From positions 111,540,001 through 111,604,000 of the forward strand of contig NC_086108.1 in assembly GCF_963921235.1 (NCBI RefSeq): a stretch of 64,000 bases of DNA, in the 5' to 3' direction. Positions 36,470-49,160 of this stretch are shown in pieces. Each line of letters begins with the position of its first letter. Position 1 is the first letter of the stretch. A program made the translations under genes and the position numbers. The DNA is from Mobula hypostoma (taxonomy: Eukaryota). The notes below the pieces were generated by a model. That model did no database searches. It was given only the letters and a program-made list of their open reading frames with translations, and was not told the origin of the DNA.

Positions 36470-38630
36470 CGATGCTTGAACAAAGGAGACTACAACGGGA
36501 TGAGGGAGGATTTGGCTAATGTGGATTGGGAGCACAGGATATTTGGTAGGACAGTTGAGGAACACTGGAATACTTTCAAAGAGATTTTTCACAGTGCTCA
36601 ACAAAAATATATTCCAGTCAAAAGTAAGGGCAGTAAATGTGGGGAGAGCCAGCCTTGGATAACTAAGGAAATAAAAGATTATATCAAATTAAAAGCTCAT
36701 GTGTACAAAGTAGCAAAGAGTAATGGGAGACTGGAGGATTGGGGAAACTTTAAAACGCAACAAAGAACAACTAAACAAGAAATAAGGAAAGAGAAGATAG
36801 AGTATGAAAGTAAATTAGCACAAAATATAAAAACAAATAGCAAAAGTTCTTATAAATATATAAAGCGGAAGAGGGTGGATAAAGCAACGTAGGTCCCTTG
36901 GAAGACGATAAGGGGAAATTGATATTGGGTGATAAGGAAATGGCTGAGGCATTGAACGACTATTTTGTGTCAGTCTTCACGGTGGAGGACACGTCTAATA
37001 TGCCAAAGAATGATGTAATGGACAAAATGGGAGGACCTTGATAAAAATCACTGTCACTAAAGAGATAGTGATAGGTAAACTAGAGGGCCTGAAGGTAGAT
37101 AAGTCCCCTGGTCCTGATGGGATGCATCCCAGGCTGCTGAAGGAATTGGCAGAGGTTATAGTAGACGTGTTGGTAATCATTTATCAAAACTCTCTAGACT
37201 CTGGGCAGGTCCTGGCGGATTTGAAGACAGCAAATGTCACGCCACTTTTTTTAAAAAAAGGATGTAGGGAAAAGATGGGAACTATCGGCCAGTTAATTTA
37301 AAATCTGAAGTCAGGAAAATGCTTGAAGCTGTTATTAAGGAAGAAATAGCGAAACATTTAGAAAGGAGTGGTTCCATTAGACAGACGCAGCATGGGTTTA
37401 GAAACGGCAGGTCCTGTTTGAGAAACTTACTGGAGTTCTTTGAGGACATAATGAGTGCAGTGGATAGAGGGGAACAGGTGGATGTCATATACTTGGATTT
37501 CCAGGAGGCATTTAATAAGGTGCCCCACAAGGACTTGTAAATAAGATACGGAGGCATAGAGTCGGAGAAAGTGTTTTGGTTTGCATAGTGGATTAGTTAA
37601 CCAGTAGAAGGCAGACAGTTGGTGTAAATGGGTGTTTCTCCGATGGGCAGTCTGTGGTGAGTGGGGTACCACAGGGGTTGGTGCTGGGCCTACAGCTGTT
37701 TACCATTTACATTGATGATTCGGAAGAGGGGACTGAGTGCAGCGTAGCAAAATTTGCTGATGACACTAAACTGAGTGGAAAAGCAAACTGTACAGAGGAT
37801 GTGGAGAGTCTGCAGAGGAATATAGATAGGTTAGGTCACTGGGACAAGGTCTGACAGATGGAATACACCATTGGTAAATGCGAGATTATCCACTTTGGAA
37901 GGAATAATAGAAGAGCAGATATTATTTAAATGGTGAAAGATTGCAGCATGCTGTTGTGCAGGGGGACTTGGGAGTGCTTGTTCATGAACTCCAAAAAGTT
38001 GGCATACAGGTACAATAGGTTATTAAGGCAAATGAAATGTTGGCCTTCATTGCTAGAGGGATTGAATTCAAGAGCAGGGAGGTCATGCTGCAACTATATA
38101 GGGTACTGGTGAGGCTGCACCTGGAGTACTGTGTGCAGTTCTGGTCTCCACACTTGAGGAAGGATATACTGGCCTTGGAGGCAGTGCAGAGGAGGTTCAC
38201 CAGGTTGATTCCAGGGATGAAGGGGTTAACCTATGAGGAGATATTGAGTCGCCTGGGACTATTCTCTCTGGAATTCAGAAGAATGAGAGGGGATCTTATA
38301 GAAACATAAAATTTTGAAAGGGATAGATAAGATAGAAGTAGGAAAGTTGTTTCCATTGGTAGATGGGACTAGAACTAGGGGACATTGCCTCGAGAGTCAG
38401 GGGAGAAGATTTAGGACGGAGATGAGGAGAAACTTTTTCCCCCCCAGAGAGTGGTGAATCTGTGGAATTCTCTGCCCAGGGAAGCAGTTGAAGCTTCTTC
38501 ACTAAATACATTTAAGATACAGTTAGATAGGTTTTTACATAGCAAGGGAATTAAGGGTTATGGAGAAAAGGCAGGTAGATGGAGCTGAGTTTACGGACAG
38601 ATCAGCCATGATCTTATTGAATGACGGGGC
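36470..38630 (+). mobile_element. CR1 ORF2 (linker and RT) and 3' end
   Basis: LNKGDYNGMREDLANVDWE, KSPGPDGMHPRLLKE, QHGFRNGRSCL, KFADDTKL, LEAVQRRFTRLIPG. Confidence 0.93.
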
Positions 38631-38850
38631 AAGCCCCTAGCTCTAGTCTCACCTACCAATGGAAACAACCTTCCTACTTCTATCTTATCTATCCCTTTCA
38701 CAATTTTGTATGTTTCTATAAGATCCCCTCTCATTCTTCTGAACTTCAGAGTATAGTCCCAGGCAACTCAAGCTCTCCTCATAGGTTAACCCCTTCATCC
38801 CTGGAATCAACCTGGTGAACCTCCTCTGCACTGCCTCCAAAGCCAGGTAT
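38631..38850 (-). repeat. CR1 3' fragment, inverted relative to the preceding copy
   Basis: Reverse-complement similarity to 38170-38380. Confidence 0.8.
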
Positions 38851-39259
38851 TGCACAGTTGCTGTCTAGGTGGATCACCTGCCCCAGAGCAGACTTGATAT
38901 AATTGTCAATGGTCTTGGACAGAATCTTATAACCCACATTTAACAGTGAGATGGGTAGCCAATTTCCTATCTCTTCTCTCTCCTCTTCTTGCAGTGAAGG
39001 GTAATGATGGCTTTATTGAACTGTAATATGCTGCCATCTAGAAACCAAGTACAACTTCAGCAGATCTGAACCCTACATAACAAATGAAATTCAACCAGTA
39101 CACTATTGCTTCTAGGAATTATATTGGTCAGGAACAGATAATCAACTTGTCCACAGTCAAGGGGGTGATAATGACACTGCCTTACAGCAAATGAAAGAAG
39201 GGGAATACATCATCTACAGACAGGAGCTGGAAAACTAGAGTAGATAAAGAGCAAATCAC

Positions 39260-39825
39260 AAACACTGGAGATATCAGAGGTGCTGAAAATCCATAGCGAC
39301 ATACACAAAATGCTGGAGGAACTCAAGAGGGTCAAGTAGCATCTATGCAGGGAAATAAACAGGCGAAGTTTCAAGTCTGGAAAGGAAAGGGGAAGACTTC
39401 AGAATAAAAAGTCTCCAACCTGATGGCATAAACACTGATTTCTCCTTCCAGTAATTCTTTTCCTCCTCCTTCCATTCCACCCCCCCCCCCGGCCTCTTAC
39501 CTCTCACCTGCTTATCACTTTCCCCAGGCACCCCACCTTCTCATTCTCCCATGATCCTCTCCCATCAGATTCCTTCTTCAGCCCTTTACCTTTTCCACCT
39601 AGCACCTTCCACTTTCTTACTTCATTCCCCCCCCCTCCACCACCCATCTGGTCTCACCTATCACCTGCTAACTTGTACTCCCTCCTCTCCTCCACCTTTT
39701 TTACTCTGTTATCTACCCCCTTCCTTTCTAGTCCTGAAGGAGGATCACAGCTCAAAAAATTGATTGTTTACTTATTTACACTGATACTGTCTGACCTGCT
39801 GAGTTCCTCCAGCATTTTGCGTAAA
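39260..39825 (+). mobile_element. Penelope-like 3' fragment with inverted 5' arm and decayed hammerhead (~39729-39770)
   Basis: Inverted arm cacaaaatgctggaggaactc; ORF end LQPDGINTDF; pyrimidine-rich UTR; tagtcctgaaggaggatcacagctcaaaa; ctgctgagttcctccagcattttg. Confidence 0.75.
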
Positions 39826-40369
39826 CAAATAGTTCCATTTTAGTCATCGTCTCCTCCCAGGTCATAATCTCATGATTCTACAACTAAATAATACTAATTA
39901 TCTTGGCTCTGGTCAAGGCAGAGAGTTCACAAATGCAACTTAAAACATAATCACCAATAGGCTTGAAGGAGGAATTATTTTAAGATGCATTGGATTCAGA
40001 TTTGAATCCTTTTTAGGGTTACATCAGAAGAAATGGTGAGTTTTTTTTAGATTATTTGTTCACATGATGTGGATATTGGTGACAATGCTGACATTCCTAA
40101 CTGCCTCTGAACTGTGGGGCATTTAACATAATCACAATAATGCAACCAAACTCACACGAGATAAACTGGATAAGGATAGCATGTTCCCTTGTCTGAGGGT
40201 CAACAGTGAAGCAGACTGACTACAACAATTAGAAAGCTATAAGCCCAACAGGAATGGTAACTTTGAATTTCTATATCTTGAATGAAACTTTAGCCTTATT
40301 TTAACCTACACTTGGTAGATGCTAGATAAACCAATCAATTTCAGAATCATTAAGGCCAGAATCTCATTA

Positions 40370-41550
40370 CATACTCTAATCAGAATCAGGTTTATTGTCA
40401 CAGAAATAGGTCGTGAAACGTGTCGTTTTGTACAGTAGTAGTAGTGCAAGACAAAAAAGTTACAATCAGAAATAAAAGTATAAATAATGCAAAAGGAAGG
40501 CAAAATTGTGAGGTAATGTTCATGAACCGTTCAGAATTCTGATGGTGGAGGAGAAGGTGTTCCCAATGCATTGAGTCTTTAGGCTCCTGTACATCCCTGA
40601 TGGCAGAAACAATGAAGAGGGTTTGTCCTAGGTGGTGAGACTCTCTATAGAAGCTAGTTTTAAGGTGCTTGGAAGTAGGTACAGAGGAGATGTCAGGGGT
40701 AGGCTTTTTTTTTTAAAAACTCAGAGAGTGGTGAGTGCGTGGAATGGGCTGCTGGCAATGGTGGTGGAGGCAGATACGATAGGGTCTTTTAAGAGGCTCC
40801 TGGATAGTTACATGGAGCTTAGAAAAATAGAGGGCTATGGATAACAATATGTAATTTCTAAAGTACGTACATGTTCGGCACAGCACTGGGGGCCAAAGGA
40901 GCTGTATTGTGCTGTAGGTTTTCTATGTTTCTACAGAACTTGCTCAGAGGATGACTAATTGTTCACAGTACATCTGTACAAGATATTGCTACGGACACAT
41001 ATGGAGAACTGAGATGACAAATTTCCAGTGTATAGGATACATGCTTTGATATTAACATCTGAACCTTTTAGTACAGTTAATGTCACTTTGCTATAGGAAG
41101 GAGGCCATTAAATATATAGAAAGGGTGCAAAAGAGGTTTGAGGATGTTACCAGTACCGGAGGGTTTGAGTTAACGAGAGACTAGATAGACTAGAACCCCA
41201 CACCAACGTTTCCCTCCCACCCCACCCTGGAGAGCAGGAAGCTGAGGGATTTAAAATCATGGGCATAGATAAGGTGAATGGGTACAGTCTTTACCCTAGG
41301 ATGGTATAGGTTTAAAGAGAGGGGAGGGGAAAGATTTGAAAGAGCTAAGCAGAAACTTCTCCATACATTGTGAATGAGCTGCAAGAGGAAGCTATAAAGA
41401 CAGATACAAATGCAACATTCAAATACATTTGGACAGGTACATGGATAGAAAAGGACTAGAAGGATACATGTCAAATGCAGGCAAATTGGACTAGCTCAGT
41501 CAGAATGGACCAGATTGGCTAAAGGGCTTACTTCTGTGTTAAATGGCTCT
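40370..41550. repeat. Rex1/L2 tail (minus), young CR1 3' end (40650-40935, plus) and old CR1 fragment
   Basis: FKVLGSRYRGDVRG..FTQRVVSAWNGL motif and the shared CR1 tail. Confidence 0.7.
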
Positions 41551-41805
41551 GCAATGACACAACACAAAATACTTTAACTGTTTGAATATAAAATAATTCA
41601 GGTTGGATTATCTGGCCAAGTTTTTTTTTAATTCAGTGTCTCAGAACACAGTCAATATATTTTGGATAAAAGTTGGCAAAGGAATGAAAACAGAAAATGC
41701 TAAGACCAGTCAGCATCAGTGAAAAATGAAAAAAGATTTTTTTTAAAATCTCTTTCCATAAAGATATTGCCTGACCTGCAGAGCATTTCTAACATTTTTG
41801 AGAAA

Positions 41806-42935
41806 ATTTGCAGGTGCTGGGAAATCCAAAGCAACATACACAAAATGATGAACTCCTCCTTCAAAGGTGCTTTCCTTCCTCCACCATCAATGCTACCCTC
41901 ACCTGCATCTCTTCCCTTTCACACACATCTACCCTCACCCCATCCTCCCACCACCCCACCAGAGATGGGGCTCCTCTTGTCCTCACCTACCACCCCACGT
42001 CTCCACGTCCAGCACGTAATTCTCCGTAACTTCTGCCATCTCTGACATGATCCCACCTCCAAGCACATCTTTTCCTCCACCCAACACATTCCACAAGGAT
42101 CACTCCCAATGAGCCTCCTTTGTCCATTCGTCCCCACTGATCTCCCACCTTATACTTATTCTTGCAAGCAGAACAAGTGCCATACCCACTCCGACACCTC
42201 CTCCCTCACTACCATTCCAGGCTCCAAACGGTCCTTCCAGGTGAGGCAGCACTTCATCTGTGAATCTGTTGGGGTCATCCACTGTATCCAGTGCTCCTGG
42301 TGTGGCCTCCTAAATATCGGTGAGACTATGGAGATTGGGAGATTGCTTCAGTAAGCATTTACGCTCTGTCTGCCAAAAACAAGCAGGATCTCCCGTTCCA
42401 ACATGTCAGTCCACGACTTCCTCTACTGCTGCGATGAGGCCACACTCAGGTTGCAGGAGCAACACCTTATATTCCATCTGGATAGCCTCCAACAGTGATT
42501 TCTCAAACTTCTGTTAAACGCCTTCTCCCTTCACCATTCCCATTTCCCTCTCTCACCTTCTCATTACCTACATATCACCTCCCTCTGGTGCTCCCCTCCC
42601 TTCCCTTTTTTTCATGGTTTTCTACCGATCAGATTCCCCCTTCTCCAGCCCTTTATCTCTTCACCAATCAACTTCCCAGCTTCTTACTTCACCCCACACC
42701 CCACCCCCACAGTTTCACCTATCACCAACCACCTTGTACTTCTTCCTCCGCTTCCCCCACCTTCTTGCTCTAACTTCTCGTTGTTTTGATCCAGTCCTGA
42801 TGAAGGGTCTCAGCCCAAAACATTAACCGTTTACTCTTCCATAGATGCTGCCTGGCCAGCTGAGTTCCTCCAGCATTTTGCGTGTGTTGCTCTAACATTT
42901 TGTTTTTATTTCGGATTCTTAACATCCACAGTTCT
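41806..42935 (+). mobile_element. Penelope-like (Neptune-type) 3' fragment: Cys linker, GIY-YIG endonuclease and terminal repeat; hammerhead at 42792-42829 with GAAA>AAAA
   Basis: YSCKQNKCHT...SFQVRQHFICESVGVIHCIQCSWCGLLNIGET; cagtcCTGATGAagggtctcagcccAAAAcattaaccg. Confidence 0.88.
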
Positions 42936-42979
42936 TTTATTTTCAAAAAAAACACACAAGACAACTTGTAGAAATCAAG

Positions 42980-43170
42980 GCCAGGCAGCATCTATAGGAA
43001 GAGGCGCAGTCAACGTTTCAGGCCGAGACGTTTCAGTCCTGACGAAGGGTCTCGGCCTGAAACGTCGACTGCGCCTCTTCCTATAGATGCTGCTTTTGGC
43101 CTGCTGCGTTCACCAGCAACTTTGATGTATGTTGCTTGAATTTCCAGCATCTGCAGAATTCCTGTTGTTT
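42980..43170 (+). mobile_element. Penelope-derived fold-back mini-element with 14-bp TSD
   Basis: TSD ttgtagaaatcaag at 42966-42979 and 43171-43184; inverted arms ~42979-43029 / 43049-43101. Confidence 0.9.
43034..43071 (+). ncRNA. Minimal type I hammerhead ribozyme, intact core
   Basis: caguc-CUGACGA-agggucucggccu-GAAA-CGUC^gacug with a perfect 5-bp stem I. Confidence 0.87.
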
Positions 43171-44909
43171 TTGTAGAAATCAAGCAGTTTTCATTGCAAA
43201 AAGCAAATGCTTGTTTCTATTGAAGTATAAAACATGTAATCTGCGGAAACAAATTATTTCCTGGATTTGCTAATTATGAGTGCAGGAACAAAATTTATCC
43301 CCAACCCTTCCTCAAGCAGGGATCGCCACTTAAGAAGCTACAATGCTTATAAAATGTAAGAAAAGGCAATAAAATTCTGGGTTTTCATACTACAAAAATG
43401 AGGAATATTTCGAAGCCTTGAAGTTTATCACCATAATTCCATTATGGATACTGAAATTACACTTCTGTTCAGTGCCAATTGTAAGTTTAACACCCTATTA
43501 AAGAAACGTTGCAATTGGAGACACACATCAACATACATCCCTCTGTAATTATAAACATGCCGTTATTATGTGAGTAAAGCTTTGAAGAGGAGAAAAGATC
43601 CAATGTTTCTAGTTCTGTTCTATGCATAGATCAAGTTTAAATATCATTCAACCAGACACGAATACCAATGAATACAGCCCCAGCATTCTTCTGGGGCCAG
43701 GGTACAAAACACAGTACCAACAGTCATTCATCATACAAGACACATGCAGCCATAGGTAATTACAATTGTTAAGGAAATAGACCACTAAATTTGTACTCAC
43801 TCGTGTTACTTAATACAAGGGAATTATCCAGCAGAGTGACATCGACGTACAGGACCAACTACATCCCTGTCTGATATGGGAATTGTAAGGCACCTGACCA
43901 GAAGACCCTACAAAGGATCAGCAGGACTATTAAGAGGATAATCATTGTTTCTCATCCACCCATCCAAAATATTTATCAGGATAAAATATTTGCGTACAGC
44001 ATGCAGAGCCCTTAGCATTGTCAATGATCCCTCCTATCTGTCCAGCAGATCTCTTTGATACCCCAACATCAGGCTGGAGGAACAGTAGCGTTAGAACAAG
44101 GATTGTTACATTGGGAGTCAGCTTTCTCCTTCTAGGCCCAAGACTACTGAACTCCCTGCCACCTCTCAGGTCTCATCATGTATGAAGCATCAGTAGAGTT
44201 ATACTGTACTTTTTAATCTGTGTCATTAATGTACCTTATGCTAAATGCTACTCTACTGGAGTACATTTTATTATTTGTTAATTTATTTACAGTAATATTA
44301 CTTTGTGTTGTGTGTGAGTTATATGTACTGTGTTGCACACCTTGGTCTGGAAAAGAAGTTGTCTGTTTGGCAGTATGTGTGTAGGGTTGAATGACAATAA
44401 ACTTGCACCAATAGAGACAACATGGTCAGTTCTGTTACTGCATCCATGTTTATAATATGCCAACCTCTACAAGAGTAGCAAAAAGCCCAGTAAGGGCTTT
44501 TTATAAAGCTGCACAATAGGGCTTTATTGAGCTTTTGCAGAAGCTGCAGTGTTTTGTTGCTACAGATTAGTGAATAATGCCATGTTTACATGTGTACGGT
44601 CATTAACAGTTAGAAAGCATTCTTTCATTTCCTCACCCCACTGTTTGTTTTGGCACGGTTTTCAGCGTCACTTTTACCAGTCCTGTGGCCCATGCTGATG
44701 TTCTTTCCAATTCTCGCTCCTCCCCCTTAATTAAAGCTTACAATCTTCTCCGATTTTCTTTTTGGCTCACACCCACATTTAATGATTTCTGTAGAGTACA
44801 CATGTAAACCCAAATCCCTTTATCCCACACTCACTGTGGAGAACTGGCCCAAGAGTTAGGACATTATGATGCAGTTGTGCAATTTGTTGGTGAGGTTGTA
44901 CTTGCAGAA

Positions 44910-45520
44910 CTATTTAGAGATACAGCGTGGCTAGGCCCTTCAGCCAATGAGCCGCTCTGCGCAGCGGCCCACCTATTTAACTCCAGCCTAATCACGGGAC
45001 AATTTACAATAGCCAATTAACCTACTAACCAGTATATCTTTTGACTGAGGGATAAAACGGGAGCACCTGGAGGAAACCCACGCATTCACAGGAAGAACAT
45101 ACAAACTTCTTAGACGATGCTTGAATCAAACTTTGAGCTCTGAAGCCCCAAGTTGTTATAGCCAAGGTACAGTGAAAAGCTTCATTTTGTATGCCATCTG
45201 TTCTGACAATCGAGGTAGTACAAGGTAAAACAGTAAGAGAATGCAGAATAGTAGCGTAGCAGCTAGCGCAATGCCAGTATAGCTCGGGGATTCAGCATTT
45301 GCAGTTCAATTCCACTGTCTTCTGTAAGGAGTTTGTACATCCTTTGCAAGTGCACGTAGGTTTCCCCCAGGTGCTCTGGTTTTCTCCCAGTTTAAAGACA
45401 TACTGGTTAGTAGTTTATTTGATCAGTGTACTGTGATTAGGCTAGGGTTAAACAGGTGGGTTGCTGGGCAGTGCAGCTCACCGGGCAGGAAGGGCCTATT
45501 CAGCGCTGAATCTCTAAGTA
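44910..45520. repeat. tRNA-derived SINEs (HE1/V-SINE-like), one per strand; further copies near 49210-49890 (-), 52335-52580 (+), 63005-63500 (+)
   Basis: Core ggtttcc.ccaggtgctctggttt and its reverse gagcacctggaggaaacccac; tRNA-like head gtagcgtagc..ggttcaattcc. Confidence 0.7.
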
Positions 45521-45934
45521 GTATTAATTAATAATCTTCTATGCAAAATCTGAAGATCGCATAGAAAATCCATTTTCACCATGTCAATGAACATTTCAGA
45601 ATACTTAATTAGACAAATCCATGCATTAACTTTACATCAACTATGGGGAAGTTTCAAGAACCTCAGTCACTTGGATTCCTCTTCCCATAGTTAAATAATG
45701 CTAAAATCAGAATTTTTTAAAATCAGACCTTTTTTTTCCTCCTGTTTAATGTGAGCAACTTCACCTCCCCCTCATCATAATATCCTTGAGACACACCATA
45801 AAGTGCTGGAAACTTGTTTCTTAAAAGTTCAAAGTAAATTTATTATCAAAGTTTATTTTGAATTTGCTTACTTGAACATACATCCTTATTGGCCATAATT
45901 TTACTTAAACATATCAATTTCAATTCCTTCACTT

Positions 45935-46235
45935 ATCCCAGAGCTACTGTACAACAGTGTGACTTTTCCTCTTTTCCACAGTCCAACAAATGGTGCAAAT
46001 TATTGTCTTGGACATTTTTATAGTGAACGCAATACCCTGTTGGACATTGGTAAGGCAGAAGACCGCAAGTCCAGTTCACTGGCAAGACTGACTGTGGAAG
46101 GAGATGTGTGGCCTCGGTTGTTGCGCAGACGAGACCCTCATGCCGTAGTGTCACTTGTTGCAGCCACCCAGGAGGGGAGTTGCTGAGGTGGTGTGTGAGA
46201 AAGCAGAGGCCTCTGTGGGCGCGAACATCTTCTCC
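45935..46235 (+). repeat. Rex1/L2-like LINE 5' end remnant
   Basis: YSERNTLLDIG followed by RWCVRKQR resembles the N-terminus preceding the endonuclease in this clade. Confidence 0.5.
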
Positions 46236-46329
46236 AAGCAACAAAAACTTTCCACACCCATCCTGACTGCATTCATCTGAAGAAATTCAAATTCCGAAGA
46301 AATAGGTTTTGACACTTTGGGATCAATTC

Positions 46330-46900
46330 ATTAAGACCATAAGACATGGGAGCAAAATTAGGCCATTTAGCCCATCAAGTCGGCTCCACCATTCCATTAT
46401 GGCTGATTTATCGTCCCTCTCAACCTCATTCTTCTACCTTCTTCCCGTAATCTTCAATGCCTTTATGAATGAAGAACCAAGTCATATACTCAATGACTCG
46501 GCTGCCACAGCCATCTCTGGCAATGAATTCCACGATTCATCCCCTTCCAACTAAAGAAATTTCTTCTTATCTGTTCTAAATGTACGTCCTACTATTCTGA
46601 AGCTGTGCCCTTTGATCCTAGATTTCTCCACAAAAGGAGACATTGTCTCCAAGTCACCATCTAGGCCTTTCAATATTCGAAGGGTTTCAATGAGATCCCG
46701 CCCCCCCATTCTTCTAAACTGCAGGGGTATAGGCCCCGAGCCATCAAGCTCTCCTTATATCAACCTTTCATTCCTGGAATCATTCTGGTGAATCTTCTCT
46801 GGACCCTCTCCAATGCCAGCACACTCTTTCTTAGATAAGGGGCCCAAAACTGCTCACAATTGTCCAAGTACGGTCTGACCAATGCGTTATAAAGCCTCAT
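46330..46900 (-). repeat. CR1 3' fragment
   Basis: Tail taagaccataagacatgggagcaaaattaggccatt and reverse-complemented RT C-terminal sequence. Confidence 0.8.
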
Positions 46901-47684
46901 AGCTATTTTTTAAATAAAGTTACAATAATAAAAAATGTTTAGTGCAAAAAGAGGGCAAAGTAGTGATAGAGCAAAAAAAAATCAGCAATACGATCTCATT
47001 TAACCCAGCAATGGTTGATTTAATAACAGGAATCAATGATCCTTTCACCGTAAAATTCCAGCCTTAAGATTCTTACAATGAAGAGAGAATAAACATTATC
47101 AAATGGGTAGGTAGTGGGATGGAAGGAAGGAAAAGAAATTGAAAGACATGCTGTGAAATTGTTATTCAAATAGCCAGTCACCTTAAAAGCTCTATTGCAA
47201 TAATTGTATACTGTTGAATAATGCACCTCCTGTATAAGTGTCCTACAACAGTTGGTAAGTTTTCCGTACTTGGTTTAGTAATCCTCTGCACAGATGGCTG
47301 GTTTATCACTCTAAAGGGCACAACCGCTGTTCCATAACTAGTGTCTCTGAGAAGTTGGACAAATTCATACCTCTAAACACAAGAAAATCCTACCTTTCTC
47401 TCTGACTTGTTGAACAGAATTTAATGTTGGAATTATGTAAACTATAGCCTAGGAGAGCTACCAAAGCTATTCACAGAAAGAAATTGTTGTGTTTGAAGTT
47501 CAGCATACAAGTGTCCGAACATTTGTCAGCGAATCATGCACTGCTCCAAAGCTCACAACTTTCCAAGAAACTGACAGCTGTTGTTTAGGGGCAGGAAGAG
47601 GAAAGCAGCAATTTTAAGAAAAATCTTTAAAATCTTGTTATTTCAAAAAAAAACCAAATCTTAAAGACCTCCATTCAAAAATTC

Positions 47685-49160
47685 CAACGAGTGCACAGTC
47701 ACAAGGCTGCGGGACCAGACGGCATCCCAGGACAAGTTCTTAGGATGTGCGCAGCACAACTGGTAGGTGTGTTTACAGACATTTTTAATCTCCCCCTCTC
47801 CCAGTGTAGAGTGCCACTTGCTTCAAATTATCCACCATTGTCCCTGTACCAAAAAAGACCAAGGTAACATACCTGAACAAATGGCATCCTGTCACACTCA
47901 CCTCAACAATAAGCAAATGCTTTGAGAGGCTGGTCAAGGATTCTATCTGCAGCTTGCTATCACCCAAACTGGACCCCTACAATTCACCTACCGACACAAC
48001 CGATCGACAGATGACACAATAGCCACTGTTCTACATACCGTCCTTACACATTTGGAGAAGGATACCTGTGTGAGAATGCTGTTCTTGGACTACAGTTCAA
48101 CATTCAAAACCATAGCTCCATCCAGGCTCGACAAGAAGCTCAGCGACCTCGGCCTTGACCCTACCTTGTGCAGCTGGATCCTGGACTTCCTGTCAGATCG
48201 CCAGCAGGTCGTAGGAGTGAGCTCCCTCACCTCCAACCCTCTGACTCTCAATACAGGAGCCCCTCAGGGCTGCATACTGAGTTCCCTCCTTTACTCCCTG
48301 TATACCCATAACTGTATCGCCACCCACAGCTCTAATCTGCTAATTAAATTTGCCGATGACACTACATTGATTGGCCTCATCTCAAATAATAATGAGATAG
48401 CCTACAGGGAAGAAGTCATCTCTCTGACACAGTGGTATCAAGAAAACATCCTCTCCCTCGATGTCACAAAAGCAAAGGAGCTGTTTGTGGATTACAAGAG
48501 GAATGGAGACAGGCCAACCCCTATTGACATCAATGGATCTAGGGTTGAGGGGGTAAACAGCTTCAAGTTCCTTGGCAACTACATCACCGAGGACCTCACG
48601 TGGTCTGTACACACCAGCTGTGTGGTGAAAAAGGCACAACAGTGCCTCTTTCACCTCAGACAGTTGAGGAAATTTGGTACGGGCCCCCAAATCCCAAGAA
48701 CTTTCTACAGCGGCACAACTGAGAGTATCCTGACTGGCTGCATCACTGTCTGGTATGGGAACTGTACTTCCTTCAATCGCAGGACTCTGCAGAGAGTGGT
48801 GCAGACAGCCCATTGCATCTGGTTGTGAACTTCCCATGATTCAGGAGATTTACAAATTCAGGTGTGTAAAACGGGCCCATAGGATCATTGGGGACCCGAG
48901 TCACCCCAACCACAATCTAATCCAGCTGCTACCATCCGGGAAGCGATACCACGGCATAAAAGCCAGGACCAACAGGCTCCAAGACAGCTTCTTCTACCAG
49001 GCTGTCAGACTGATTAACTCATGCTAATTTGAGTGTACTCTATATTACATTGACTGTTCTATTATAAATTACTATGATTGCACATTGCACATTTAGATGG
49101 AGACGTAAAGATTTTTACTCATGTATGTGACAGATGCAAGAAATAAAGTCAATTGAATAC
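47685..49160 (+). mobile_element. Rex1/Babar-like LINE RT and 3' end, 5' truncated
   Basis: [58 protein letters not shown]; tail aataaagtcaattgaat. Confidence 0.93.

Noticed and set aside
45250..45320. tRNA-like A/B-box sequences (also ~52335 and ~63010)
   Set aside because: These are SINE heads; no full cloverleaf, so not called tRNA genes.
48052..48828. 258-aa and 255-aa (31587-32354) RT ORFs as active or domesticated genes
   Set aside because: Both are 5'-truncated Rex1-like copies with stops or frameshifts next to the ORFs.
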